Part shown: positions 23,501 to 34,800 of the stretch, piece by piece
Numbering within the stretch: the first letter of the stretch is position 1
How the letters are laid out: each line of letters begins with the position of its first letter
Origin: Lingula anatina
Taxonomy: Eukaryota; Animalia; Brachiopoda
NCBI GenBank assembly: GCA_051362555.1
Contig: CM120649.1
Coordinates: 6,696,001-6,760,000, forward strand
Direction of reading: 5' to 3'
DNA length: 64,000 nucleotides
Position numbers and translations under genes: made by a program
The notes under the pieces: model-generated
Seen by the model: the letters and a program-made list of their open reading frames with translations, nothing else
What the model was told of the DNA's origin: nothing
Databases searched by the model: none

Positions 23501-23944
23501 TACAAGTTGAATGCAGAAAAGAAGACCCAGGAGCAGGAGAACCAAAACCTTTGGTCAGATGTCCAGAAGTTGAAGGCAGAAAAGAAGACCCAGAAGCAGG
23601 AGAACCAAAACCTTTGGTCAGAAGTCCAGATGTTGAAGACAGAAAACAAACAACTCAAACGAGAATTGGATAAAGCATCTAACATGTTCCAGAATTTAAA
23701 AGATGAATGTGCAGAATACGAGAAGACCATCTCTCAGCAAGCAACTACCATAAGTAGACAAGAAGACACCATTTGTAAACAGAACAAAAGGATCAGCAAA
23801 CTTGAGGCTGACAGAGTACGGCTATATCAATACCAGAATAGCTGTTGTGCAAGAACATTTCCCTGCTTCTTCCCAAGACAGGCAGACAATGATTACATTA
23901 TGGTGCCTACAAATGCCAATGAACGGGCAGACAACAACCAGTAG
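18306..23944 (+). CDS. CARD (death-fold) + coiled-coil protein, ~404 aa, 3 coding exons: 18306-18473, 22255-22438, 23082(or 23088)-23944
   Basis: GT-AG introns with matching phases (0 and 1). Exons 1-2 give LEVHYDKIVGMVEILPLLRARFIAKKLFSSDRLKEVL-ADCKSEKEKTLAVLDRLPRTKEALYTFVDILKEDYEHVAGLL, which fits the CARD six-helix pattern. Exon 3 is a heptad coiled coil. Confidence 0.75.
18749..21410 (+). mobile_element. Non-autonomous Helentron derivative (HINE) in intron 1 of the CARD gene
   Basis: Same 5' head as the big element (TTTTTATGTACAGACACAGATGTGTCTGTACAT + GCCGAT repeats). A second truncated head lies at ~19682. 3' subTIR TGTCTGTACAT at 21377-21387, short stem-loop GACAGC-TTT-GCTGCC, terminal CTTGTTT. 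Confidence 0.8.
20616..20850 (+). mobile_element. Short HINE of a different family nested in the above
   Basis: TTACCTC..GCCAAGGAGGTTATATTTTCACCCCTGTTTGTCTGT head and GCCTTGGCAGAGGTCTGCACTCTCGGTGG..CTAGTTTT tail, typical of DINE/HINE-like short elements. Confidence 0.7.
21833..22075. mobile_element. Foldback/MITE with ~70-bp imperfect inverted repeats
   Basis: actgaataagtcactcaatcagccataaaag.. pairs with ..cttttatggctgatcaagtgatttattcagt. Confidence 0.65.
22468..22693. mobile_element. PIF/Harbinger-like MITE
   Basis: TAA-flanked; near-identical to 29469-29694 and related to 12770-12982. Confidence 0.75.
22835..22914. repeat. Perfect palindrome, 37-bp arms, 6-nt loop
   Basis: ttgtatctggtgatatgtattcttgcaaatgcttgtc-atatac-gacaagcatttgcaagaatacatatcaccagatacaa. 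Confidence 0.95.
23262..23640 (+). repeat. 63-bp (21-aa, three-heptad) coding tandem repeat, 6 copies
   Basis: EKKTQEQENQNLWSEVHKLNA repeated at near identity. Confidence 0.95.
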
Positions 23945-26040
23945 ATCAGTAAAAATACAACAACATTTGAAAACACTGGGCACTGCAGAACTGTGACATT
24001 CAAAATTTATTTTATGTTCTTTTACTTTTAAATATATATATATATGAAGGTGATATATCATAATCTTTGACAACAGACCAAACTATGTACTAGTATATAC
24101 ATTTGTTCTTGACGGAACATATCTTCCAATTTATTTATATGCCATATTTTAAAATATTTTGATATCAGCAGTTTATGTAAATAATCAATAACTTTGTAAA
24201 AATTGTAAGTATGTTAAAATATATATACATTCATGTATTTGCCTGTGTTGTTTCTATGTATTTACATTTTGTTAATCAAAGAAAGTTATCGTTTTAAGTT
24301 TGTTATAGGAATGCTGATCTGTTTAGTTGATTATCAAAGCACCAACAGTGAATAGCAGTCCAACACATAGCAATATAACTGGCCAATCAGAAGAACTCTA
24401 GAACTCCTTTACAATTAAAGTAACAATATTTATCAGACTTTGAAATTTAAGACATATGGTCGTTCACATTCTATCCTTATTATATAACAGAAATCAATCA
24501 AGTAACAAATAAGTTTCAGGGTATGTTTCATTTAGTAGTCTGAACTTCACACCACCTTCACTTAGATTTACCAGAATAGAAAGTTGTTCTCAAACCAATC
24601 ACTTTCTGTCTAAGTTCATCATTTTGATTTTTTAACAGAGGCAAACTGTGTGTACACATAGAAAGTGTGATCCTTAACATTTCATAGGATTTGGGGTGAT
24701 GCCACTTAGGACTTATAATTGTAACATGGTTAAATTGAAATAATTTAAAGACGTGTGGACTATACTTTCAGTCCAATGTTTTCATTTTCTGACTGAGCAC
24801 AGTGTACACAAAAAGTATGGGCCTATGCACTTCGAACTTCCAAGTGACTTAAACTCAGGCTTTGGGTTTAGCCACTTTGGACTTACATCAGTGTACAGTA
24901 CATAAAACTGTTGGCCTGTAGACTTCCATATAACTTACACACAGGCATGATTGAAAAGTTGTAAATACTGAAAATTCAGAGAATGTAACCTGCACTTTTT
25001 CATCGCATTTAGACCATAAGAAAAATAATAAAAACAAAGACTAAATCCTGACATCAGGCATAATCCTGAAAACTTTCATCGATGTATGATAGTTAACATT
25101 ATTTATTTTTAAGTTAATTACCATTGCTGTACTTATTTCTTAGTTATTTAGCATTATTTAATTCTTATTTATTAAACATCATCAGTTATAGAGTACAATG
25201 GCCTTTGTTACTTATTAATTTATAGGGAAATGGTGTTTAAGACAGATTCCAACAGGATTCCAACATTAAATATCAAAGACAGGATTCCAACATTAAGTAT
25301 CAAAGTAGATAATTCTAGTGGATGAGATAATTATAAAAGAGCATGCTAAGAGATGTCTGGCTGGTATATGTCTGTCTCTCCATTTCAGTTGTAAATTAAT
25401 GGTATATCTGACAATGACAATTTTCATAACAATACATTTGTGATATTAAAATTGTTTGAATATTTATATCTAGAAAGGTGTTTTCATATCATATTACCCA
25501 TATTTTCTTAGGTACTCTTTGCTCAATGTGCCAAAAGAAAAAAAAACATCTATGTCTATCTATTTATCATGGCTACATTCCCATGTAATTCCAGCTAAAA
25601 AGGACCAGGCAACTTGCAAGTCTTACATCATTAGATGTAATATGACACACACTTCCAGCACAATATTATCTCCTCTGGCACCCTTTACTTTCAAAGTCAC
25701 GTTTGGACTATTTGTCTTAAAGACATTTCTTTGTGTATTTTTTTACTTTTATAGTGGTGAATAAAAGTTTTTGTCTTGCAATGCTTTTTTTTCCAGAAAT
25801 GGACCAAGTATAATATCAACAAGGTCCTACCTTTAGAAAACCTATTAACTAGTGTAAGTTATATATTGATAGAAACACAGATGGATTGTTTTCTTATGTC
25901 ACTCAAATTTAATGACAAATTGAAGATCTAATTTACTGTCATTCTCAGTATTCAAATTAGCAGTACATAACTATCTTCAGTTACAGGTCAACCAGGAAAA
26001 ACATTTCTATTTGTCTTCCTTCAAACATTGGACTATACTA

Positions 26041-27329
26041 CAGTCTACGACGTTAGGCACTAGCCCGAGGCAATTGCCCACCTAAAGTGGCACCGGGCTA
26101 GTAAAAAAGTTGAAATTTTATAAAGCACTAGCCCGAACGGGCTAGTTGAAATTTTGAGCCTTTTGTAACACTCAGTGAGATTTCAAAAATATAAGTCGCC
26201 AGTCTTCTTTGTCCCTGCCTCTAATTTGACGTTTCTAGATAGTATGACATGCCTCTCAGTTGAAAAAACTCGCACCTTGCTCAAACTACTGAATATTGAT
26301 TAGTTGCTATAAATAACTTCAATGTAGTTATTTATAGCAGCAGTCTGTCTGTTCAGCGTGTCGGCATCTTTTTATTTGACCAGTTTGTTGTCATGACTAC
26401 AAATTGCTGTCAATCAAGTAACTGGATCAGACCAGAATTCCTTGGTACTAGCAACAGGTTTTGTCAAAACAACACTGTCTCCGAAGCAAGTGTAATGTAT
26501 GCATTATCTCATAGAACATTTGGGTTAGGACCACTTAGCAGACTGAGGGGTGTAGTATTCTATTTCCTTTTTTGTTTATATTTTTTATTTATAATTTTAA
26601 TATCCACGAGTTAATACATTTTCCTTTGCTTATTGCCTTTTAAAAACAATAAGACCCTGGCAGTTACATGTGACATAAATACCCTATGAACTATTCTTGA
26701 CAATGTGGGATAGTTGGGTTTATGACATGGCTACCCCTCCACACTTTGTCCTGGTAAAGTCCTTGAAAAGTTGTTTTTACAAATGTAAAACCAAAAGAAT
26801 TGTAACCAAAAAAAATTGCAAGACGTTTGTTTAATTACCCTTACAGCACCTATGTATTTTAAATTAGAAGTGGCATTATATACCAATGTAATTAGAAAGA
26901 AATTGTTAGAAAAGAGCTATTGTCAATAAAAAGAAAAGGAATTTAAAAAAAAAGATTTTGATTGTATATAATATAAAAATGGAAAGAAAGGTATAATAAA
27001 AATATTAAAAGTAAGGGTAACTATATTCAGTATTACATATTAAAAAGGGAATTTTTTCAATATTAAATAATTAAATATATATTTTAAATCGATTTTACCA
27101 CCCCATCAACTGAAAATTAACCTGATTGACTTTGTTATTCACTTGCTCTACTTCTATAATAAGGTTTACAAAAAAGCACAGTATGGTACCACAACTCTTT
27201 ACAACATCTGCTTAAACTTTTTTAATGAATTATTTAAATTGGGCTAGTGTTTTTTGGTTCGGGCTAGTAAAGTTTGAGAGTCTGCTAGCCCGAAGGGCTA
27301 GTAGTCTAAAAAGTTTTTGGCACAGACTG
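26041..27329. mobile_element. Non-autonomous hAT-like element
   Basis: Termini CAGTCT../..CAGACTG. 8-bp TSD CTATACTA/CTATACAA. Subterminal CTAGCCC/GGGCTAG motifs at both ends. Confidence 0.75.
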
Positions 27330-27446
27330 CTATACAAGGAGCAAGCTTTAAGAACCCCATTTGACAGAGACACTGCATCAGCAACAATACATTAGAAGCC
27401 TTGAGTTTATTTTTGTTTTAAGTATTAAACAATAACAGTACTTTAC

Positions 27447-30400
27447 CATCTTCAGCTGCAAGTTGAGCAGATGTCTGATCCTAAACATGCGGACATCTTC
27501 CTTCCTGGTCATCAGATACAAGAGCTGGCATACATGTGGACACTGCAATATCAATATAATAAATATAACCCACATAAATTTATACAAAGACAAAATGGTG
27601 AGACACAAATGTTTTACAGATAATCAGTTACAGATTCAAAATATAAACGCATCTCTCCTCCTAGTTAGCTAATAAAGCTGCTGGAAAACATTTTAACATC
27701 ACAAATTTACATGGAGTTAAAGCATTAAAAGTATTTAAATTTCTTATGCAGTAATGTCCTGAGGGGACATGGCACCTTGCTCAATACAGATTTTTTCATG
27801 AGCCCCATACCATACCCCCCAGTAAATTTAAGTATAATAATATACAGTTATTAATTTTGGGTGAGGTCACCTAACGGCTTTATTTGACCCAAATCTGGAT
27901 GATTGACCAATGCCTATTTTTCTTATCCCTGTGCCCATCCCCATTAACAACCCTCCTCATCCTCCAGAGTAGACCAGTTGTTACATACCATGGTTTCATT
28001 CTCAGTGAAGAAGAAGATCATTCCATATAGAGTCTGCACCTTCTGCTGCTCCTCCACCAGATCATAGACAATGATCATCCAACGTATCAACATAGACTGA
28101 AATACAAAACAAAATGCTTACAGTCAGTGTGATGAAAGTGGTCTTTTATTAAAACCTGAAAATGCAAGCAATAATAACAGCTCTATACGGAGAGTTCTGG
28201 TGGCTTAAAAACACCAACTTAATATTTGCATTTTTGGATAAATCAAAAATGCTTTATTATAAAATACCCCCACTTAAATAGATTATACTAGAAATGTGCT
28301 TCTGACTTCAGTGTGTTTTTCCATCATTTCAAGGAACTAGTTGAGTGAGAAATTAATTTTGGGAAAATTTTAAAATTCAGAATGGGATGGGAACAAATCA
28401 CACTTTACAGATCCCTTTCTTTATATGAGTCTTAAGTACCACACCATGCCTGTATCACAGCCATGCTTTTCACATTTGATTACCAAGACCAAGGTTATAA
28501 AATACAGATCCCTAAGGTTGGTGTGGGTGGATTTGAGATGGAGCAGAGACAGGGGTTGTTAAATAACTGCCACTGATCTGTTATTAAATGTTTGTGAAAT
28601 AAGATATGGGACACACAAAAGCTGTGGGATGCGTAGATAACATGGATATAACCGTAAGATGAGAAGAAGGCATACCTGTACATTAGATGAAGGTTTATTG
28701 GTACACATCCAAGAGACTGCTGTGAGGAAGGACTCTGCTGTCACCTTGTCATTAGGAATCAGGCTCTTGATCAGCCGTATGTTGACACTGTCAGCTGAAA
28801 GAAATACATAAAGCTTACTAGTAATTTATTATCATAACCAATGTCTATAGATATATTTTGCACTGTTCTATAAGTACTACATCCACCACCCTGGCACATA
28901 ACTGTATCCAATACTTACTAAATCTAGAGGAATCTCCTATGCCATGCATATACACAACACCTTGACTCTTAGGGCTCTTCCCCATAAACTATGAGTATCA
29001 ATCTATATACTAGTAGATGGATCCAATTTTGGGGGACTCTAAATGCAATCATTGGAAACAAAAGGAGACAGGTAAGTTTTTTTCTGACTGCATTCATTGA
29101 GAGTACCTGTGGAGTTGGGTCCATCTATATGGTTTGATAGCACATTGGAAATGAGCCCTTAGTTGTATTAATTAAATCTAGAAAAACTTGCCATGTCATT
29201 CACACACCTCCCCAACTCATATCTAATACTTACAGAATCTAGAGGATGTTGCCACGACATACAATGGGTCAGCACCAGCAATTTTTCACAGTTAGCAAAA
29301 TCAATAGGCTACTTTTTTATCACTTTTTTTTCTCCAAATTATTTAAATTTGACTAAACCAAATCAAACCTGTTTTGTTCAACCAATTTACGCCAGTTTTA
29401 GCATTTTGATAAACTAGCAAATGTCATCACTACCCCAGACACATACACCTCCCCCAACTTATATCTATCACCCCATTTCCATAGATTTTTAGATCGATCT
29501 ATCCCTGTGGGGAGTCTCACTAGATTACTGTCAGCTTAGCTGGCTTAAGCATCTGTCCCGCCTACTAAAAGCTGTAAAGGGGTAATTAACTATGGTGCGC
29601 GATCATCTGACTGCAATTTAGCCTGAACCCCCAGGGAGTTAGGTCGATCTAAATTTTAATCCCTGGGTCGATCTAAATCTCTGGAAATACACCCTAACAC
29701 TTACGAAATCTAGAGGAGGCTGCCACATCCACTAGTGCCTCTATATGCTCTGTCCCCAGCCCATTGTCCTTAGCCTGGTCCTCTATAGTCTCCAGTGACA
29801 GGGACAGTGGCAGGTTGTTACGTACCTTGGTGCTGGAGTCCTCTGAAAAAAATTGACAAATATTTTTTTAAAGCTCTGAAGGAAATTTACAAGTATTTTT
29901 TGGGCTCTGAAGAAAATTAACAAATATTCTTTGATGAAAATGTTTGATATTTTTGGGCTGACATATACAAAACAGCATCATGAGAAAATGAGTGTCATAA
30001 GTTTAGCTTCAATTACATGTACCAAGCTTTACTAGTGTACTAGTAAGTACTCCATCCCTTTATAAGGGACTTACTGTGAATCACTTGAGATAAGATTGGA
30101 TGAACTCATAAAGTTAGATGCATAGTTCACTAAATACCACTTTTTTCTTGTGTCACATAGTATCCATATTATAATATATTATGCCACATTTAGAGAACTA
30201 GTAAGCATTGATGGTGGAAAAGGAATAGCTAAAAAGTGCTACAGTGATGAGCTGAAAATAAAAACTATGAGGTGTGAGTATCATAGAGGTAGATATGGTA
30301 ACAGCTGGTCCATAGATGATGATGATGATAATTATTCAAAATTGAATTGCTTACCATTTGTGAAGTAGGCCACTGCATCATCAAGGTTTCTTTGTTCATG

Positions 30401-30484
30401 ATCTTCACTGTGTCTGTGCTCAGCTGTTGATCTCTTGTCTTTGGACTTATTTGTTTGCTTCCCAGATGATGGCCTGGTGGACAT
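27447..30484 (-). CDS. CENPI: Centromere protein I (Mis6) N-terminal part; coding exons 30484-30355, 29842-29705, 28794-28676, 28096-27989, 27542-27447 (197 aa); further exons not found in window
   Basis: In-phase GT-AG exons translate ..DAVAYF..LETIEDQAKDNGLGTEHIEALVDVAASSRF..VNIRLIKSLIPNDKVTAESFLTAVSWMC..RWMIIVYDLVE..LYGMIFF..CPHVCQLLYLMTRKEDVRMFRIRHLLNLQLKM. This matches the CENP-I N-terminus as I recall it (NGL..EEID, AVSWLC, CPYVCHLLYLLTKKENVKPFRVRKLLDLQAKM). A 5' UTR exon donor lies at ~31071. Confidence 0.85.
28972..29160. mobile_element. Harbinger-like MITE in CENP-I intron
   Basis: GGGCTCTTCCCCA..TTGGAAATGAGCCC inverted ends flanked by TTA. Confidence 0.6.
29469..29694. mobile_element. 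PIF/Harbinger-like MITE in CENP-I intron
   Basis: Near-identical to 22468-22693. Confidence 0.75.
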
Positions 30485-31213
30485 TGCTGTGGATCCTTAT
30501 ATGAAATGATATGATTTATTCACTATTTAAAGTAAAAATATTAAAAAATTGATTAATCAATATATGTATAACACAAACAAAATTGAAATATGTATTTCCA
30601 TTGTGGACCATAGAACACATATAAAAGAATACCGGAAATGATTAATTTTAGAATAGTCAATCTGCATACATCATAGAGAAAATAAAGCTCAGAGGTACAC
30701 TGTTTGCATATGAAAATATCACAAATTTAGGCACTGAAAATGAATTTAAAAACCTCAAATAAAGGATCTGATTTCAATATTTCTTCTGAATGTCAGACTA
30801 TAGCGGACACTTAGAACAGCATAATTCAACTAGAAATGTTATAAAATATTGAACAATGATTCGTGATCTTAAGAGAACTTGTAGAATACTGCATTTTTAA
30901 TGAAAATTGGGATTTGGCGCAAAAATCTAGGTTTGGAGAACTTTCAAATGTCATTGGGTTTCTAAACGAAGAATGTTTTAATCGACCAGCTTTTTCTCAA
31001 ACGGACCTCTACAAATACTTCATCATTCTGAAAAATAAAAACATAAGCTTTAGTTTGTGTAAATAACTTACCTTCTTAGTTCTATTTAACCATATTAAAT
31101 GATCGTAACCCGCGATGAAATTCAAAATACTATAATGACCTTCACCTAAAATCCTGAAATCTCGAATTATCACTCGAGATTTACTATTTTTGGAACGAGG
31201 AGGACAACAAATG

Positions 31214-31243
31214 AATATAGGTCACTGGATATAGGTCAAGTCA
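31214..31243 (+). promoter_or_regulatory. Paired AGGTCA nuclear-receptor half-sites (RORE-like, 8-nt spacer) between CENP-I and esterase copy 1
   Basis: AATATAGGTCA-CTGGATAT-AGGTCA-AGTCA; the core block is repeated exactly at 44556-44585. Confidence 0.45.
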
Positions 31244-31593
31244 TGTGCACCTGTTTGTCCTGTAAGTATATGTTGATTAACAGCAACAAGTTATATTTTG
31301 ATGGCATTGATTACTGGCTATTTTTTCTTATTATTTGTATGTAAATACAAACGTTTGACAATCAAATATCCCTCTAGTTATTTCTTTTTTCTAGTAATTT
31401 ACACGACTTGGAAGTTGAAATGAACATTGTACTGTGGACCCGTGGACCGTTAACGTTGTACTGAACCTGTACCTCTGACTTTGCTATACCCCGGTTCCTA
31501 CAAGTCAATATTCATTTGATATATTGTCATTATAAATGCGTTGGTAGTATGTAAATCTGATAATCAGATGTGTTTTAATTACAAAGGTCTGAA

Positions 31594-31776
31594 ATGAGGT
31601 GCTGCGGAGCACGCTGTTTACTTCCTGTTGCCGTGGTAGTGGCAGGCTTGGCTTATATTGCCTATGTCCCAGTGCCTGATGACTTTGATAATCCCTGGGA
31701 GATAAGGCCCATCATATGGTCTACAAAACTAGGGCCTTATTTGGTAAGTATCTTGTGAAATTTTAATGAATAAGGC

Positions 31777-31821
<45 letters not shown>

Positions 31822-34800
31822 AAGTTTGGGAAAGCTTGTGGTTACTGAATATACAGTATTTGGCAATATTGTTTGAAAAGAAATAAGAAATAGCACATCA
31901 GTGGAATGTTAGTTGCATCCTTAATCAAAAATGATTACGATAATTAATTAAGATTATTGGTAAAAAAAAATGTAAAAAGCTATATACAGTACATGTTTTT
32001 TACTTAATTATGAGGCATGATACATTAATTTTGTATTTGATCCTTTATCAAAGGGCTATTTTAAATATTATACCATCGATCACTACTTGTACATTAAAGG
32101 CAATGTTATTATTGATCCCCTTTTCTGTAATGTTCATCATTTTGTATATGTTATTTACATAAATGTTTAGTTTTGGCTGAAGGAGGAGCTGTGAAGAGAG
32201 ATATCTGGGTTATAATAAACATAAATATGAAGTATAACTATATATAAGTTAAATATAAGATCATAATTGATTTAATTAAAAATGATGGTTATTTTTTGTT
32301 TTCTTTTTTGATTAACCAGTATTTGTCATAAACATCAATGTTTAGTTATGGCTGGGAGAGAAGCTAGGATATGGAACCGAGCTGGAGCAGTTGCGTGTCC
32401 TGTTTGAGAAAGTGGGAGACATGGTGCCTCCAGACCCTAACTCCACTGTTAAGGTAGGAGAAATAGCTTGTTTCTTGTTTTGAAGGTTTTATGCATGTAC
32501 TTCCAGACATATGACTAACATCTATAGGCAACTGCACTACATATACAGTAGGTTCTACAATTCTTTGTACATTTTCAGCATTGATTGTTGGGCATCTGTG
32601 ATGCCCTATCCAGATTAAGTTTCAAAAAAAATCTAGAGGCATTTTACCATTGAGTTACCTTTAATCATTAATAAAGGGCGTAATTGTCAATGCCATAAGT
32701 AGAATTAAATTCAAAGTGAAATTGCCGATTTATCATTTCTGCTTTAAGTTTCAAAACTTTCAACACAATAGAGACAATACCTTAGTAAAACCTTAATTCT
32801 CCACATACTGTAATCAACCTCATCAGAGAAATTCTTGAATTAAAAGCAGCCTTTTTCTTGATATAATCAAAAATTGTCCTACAGATGAAAGTCAAAGAAA
32901 CCAGTAGTTTTTAATTATAGAGTCTTGTTTTTAATCAGTGTTTGTTTTTAGCTCTCACAAATCCACAGTCATACTTTCCGTGACTACCCAGACAGCCTCA
33001 GTAATCTGGCCCACGTCTGGCCCAGATCTGGCAACGTCTGGCAATATCTGGGCCAGATTTTGCCAGACACTTGCCAGATCTGGGCCAAGTCTGGCAAAGT
33101 CTGGCATTTATGCCACATTTTGCCAGACACTTGCCAGATCTGGGCCAAGTCTGGCAAAATCTGGCATTTATGCCACATTTTGCCAGACTTGGCCCAGACT
33201 TGGGCCAGATATGGTACTTTCATTTTCAATTTTTATTTTCTATTTATTTATTTTTTATTGACCAGTGAGCTGAATGCATTGAACTGACGTCATTTGATAA
33301 ATTTTAATTTAATTTATCTCTCTCTCTTTTCTTCAAAGTCCCCTCATAAGTGTGTTATTGTTTTATTTGACTTGACATTTGAATGAATTCACTGTTCTAA
33401 AACTTTTTGAACTACTCGTTCCGCAGTTGTAAGATTCCGCTTTTTATGCTAAGCCGGTCAAGGACCCGGATGTAGCGTTTCTTAGAGTCATGGATATGAA
33501 AAAAGCACAAGCGTATCAAACTGATACAATTCGTTGAGTGATTTGATTCGTGATGCGATTTATTTCGAAGGCATCAACACTGGCGACGAGGATTAACACT
33601 AGTGCAAAACTGTGAGCCAACTTTCTTTGAAAAAAATGGAGGAAAAATGTGAAATTACGGAATTCGAACCGTACAGAAGTCCGGAGACATTAGGGTCACG
33701 CTCGACGCGATGGCTAGACAGTTTTAACCTCTTCGCTGACGGAAAAGATTGATCTTTTCAAAACCAACGGACGGCATGAATAATGAACAAAGATAAAAAA
33801 TTAAAAATACATGACAGAGGAGACGCGCGCTTATGTTGTATTCAGCAGGGACAGGTGTACAAGATATTTTCAGGACTCTCCCAATAGGGTGCACACATGA
33901 TATTTTTCTAAGTGAGCTAGAGACTTGAAATTTGGTGCACAGATAGCCACACATTTGAGTATGAATAATCAATTTAAATTTTTAATCTATCTCATTTAGA
34001 TCAAAAGTTATTCAAGTTTTAGTAACACCATATTTGTTCTTTTTTTCAGGCGCCATTTTCAAAAATGAGACAAAAGTTGCCCCCATCATTTTTCATCCCC
34101 TTAATATTGTCACAGACATTTGAAAATTGGCACACATTAAGTATAGAAGTTGGGCATTAACCCAAAGTTTAAATTTTGGTTCTAGCATTTTCCTAAGCAG
34201 AGTTATGTGCATGTGAATTAAGCAAAATGAAGGATTTTTTGACGGTAAATGCTAGAAAATACACGTTTCTTAGGTTTTATTAATCAACAAGACTAAAACT
34301 CTTGGCAGAATAGTTGTCTTACATATGAGTATAAGTACAAAATTAATAGTATAAGTAGCAAATTGTCATTGTGAAAAAAAAAATCATTCAAACTCAGGAA
34401 CAACCCACACCCTGGGGATCATAAGGTTATTCTTGCATATGTACTCTTACTCCTTAGTATCGAACACATATGTATAGTATGTACATGGCACATAATTTTC
34501 TTTTTTGATAAACTTCCTGCAAAAAATAAAAATGCCCCCACTTCTGAGGATGTTACCCCCATGCATATTTCCATCACCCCTGCTTATAAATGCTGATAAG
34601 GCAGTTTGTAATAAAATTCTCTCTCTCCAGCAGTTGTCTTGATATTAGTATAAACCAAAATTTATTTATATATTTCATGTCAGAAAACAATATCTGGTGA
34701 GCTTGAAAGAAAATAAATCAAGCTATATACATGTAGCACCTGTGATACTACTATTTAAACCTACTAGTAATGCATAAATGTTTTAAAGCTTAAATATCAT

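Noticed and set aside
33581-33593. tRNA gene
   Set aside because: Only a short complement of a tRNA 3' end (retrotransposon PBS); no cloverleaf.
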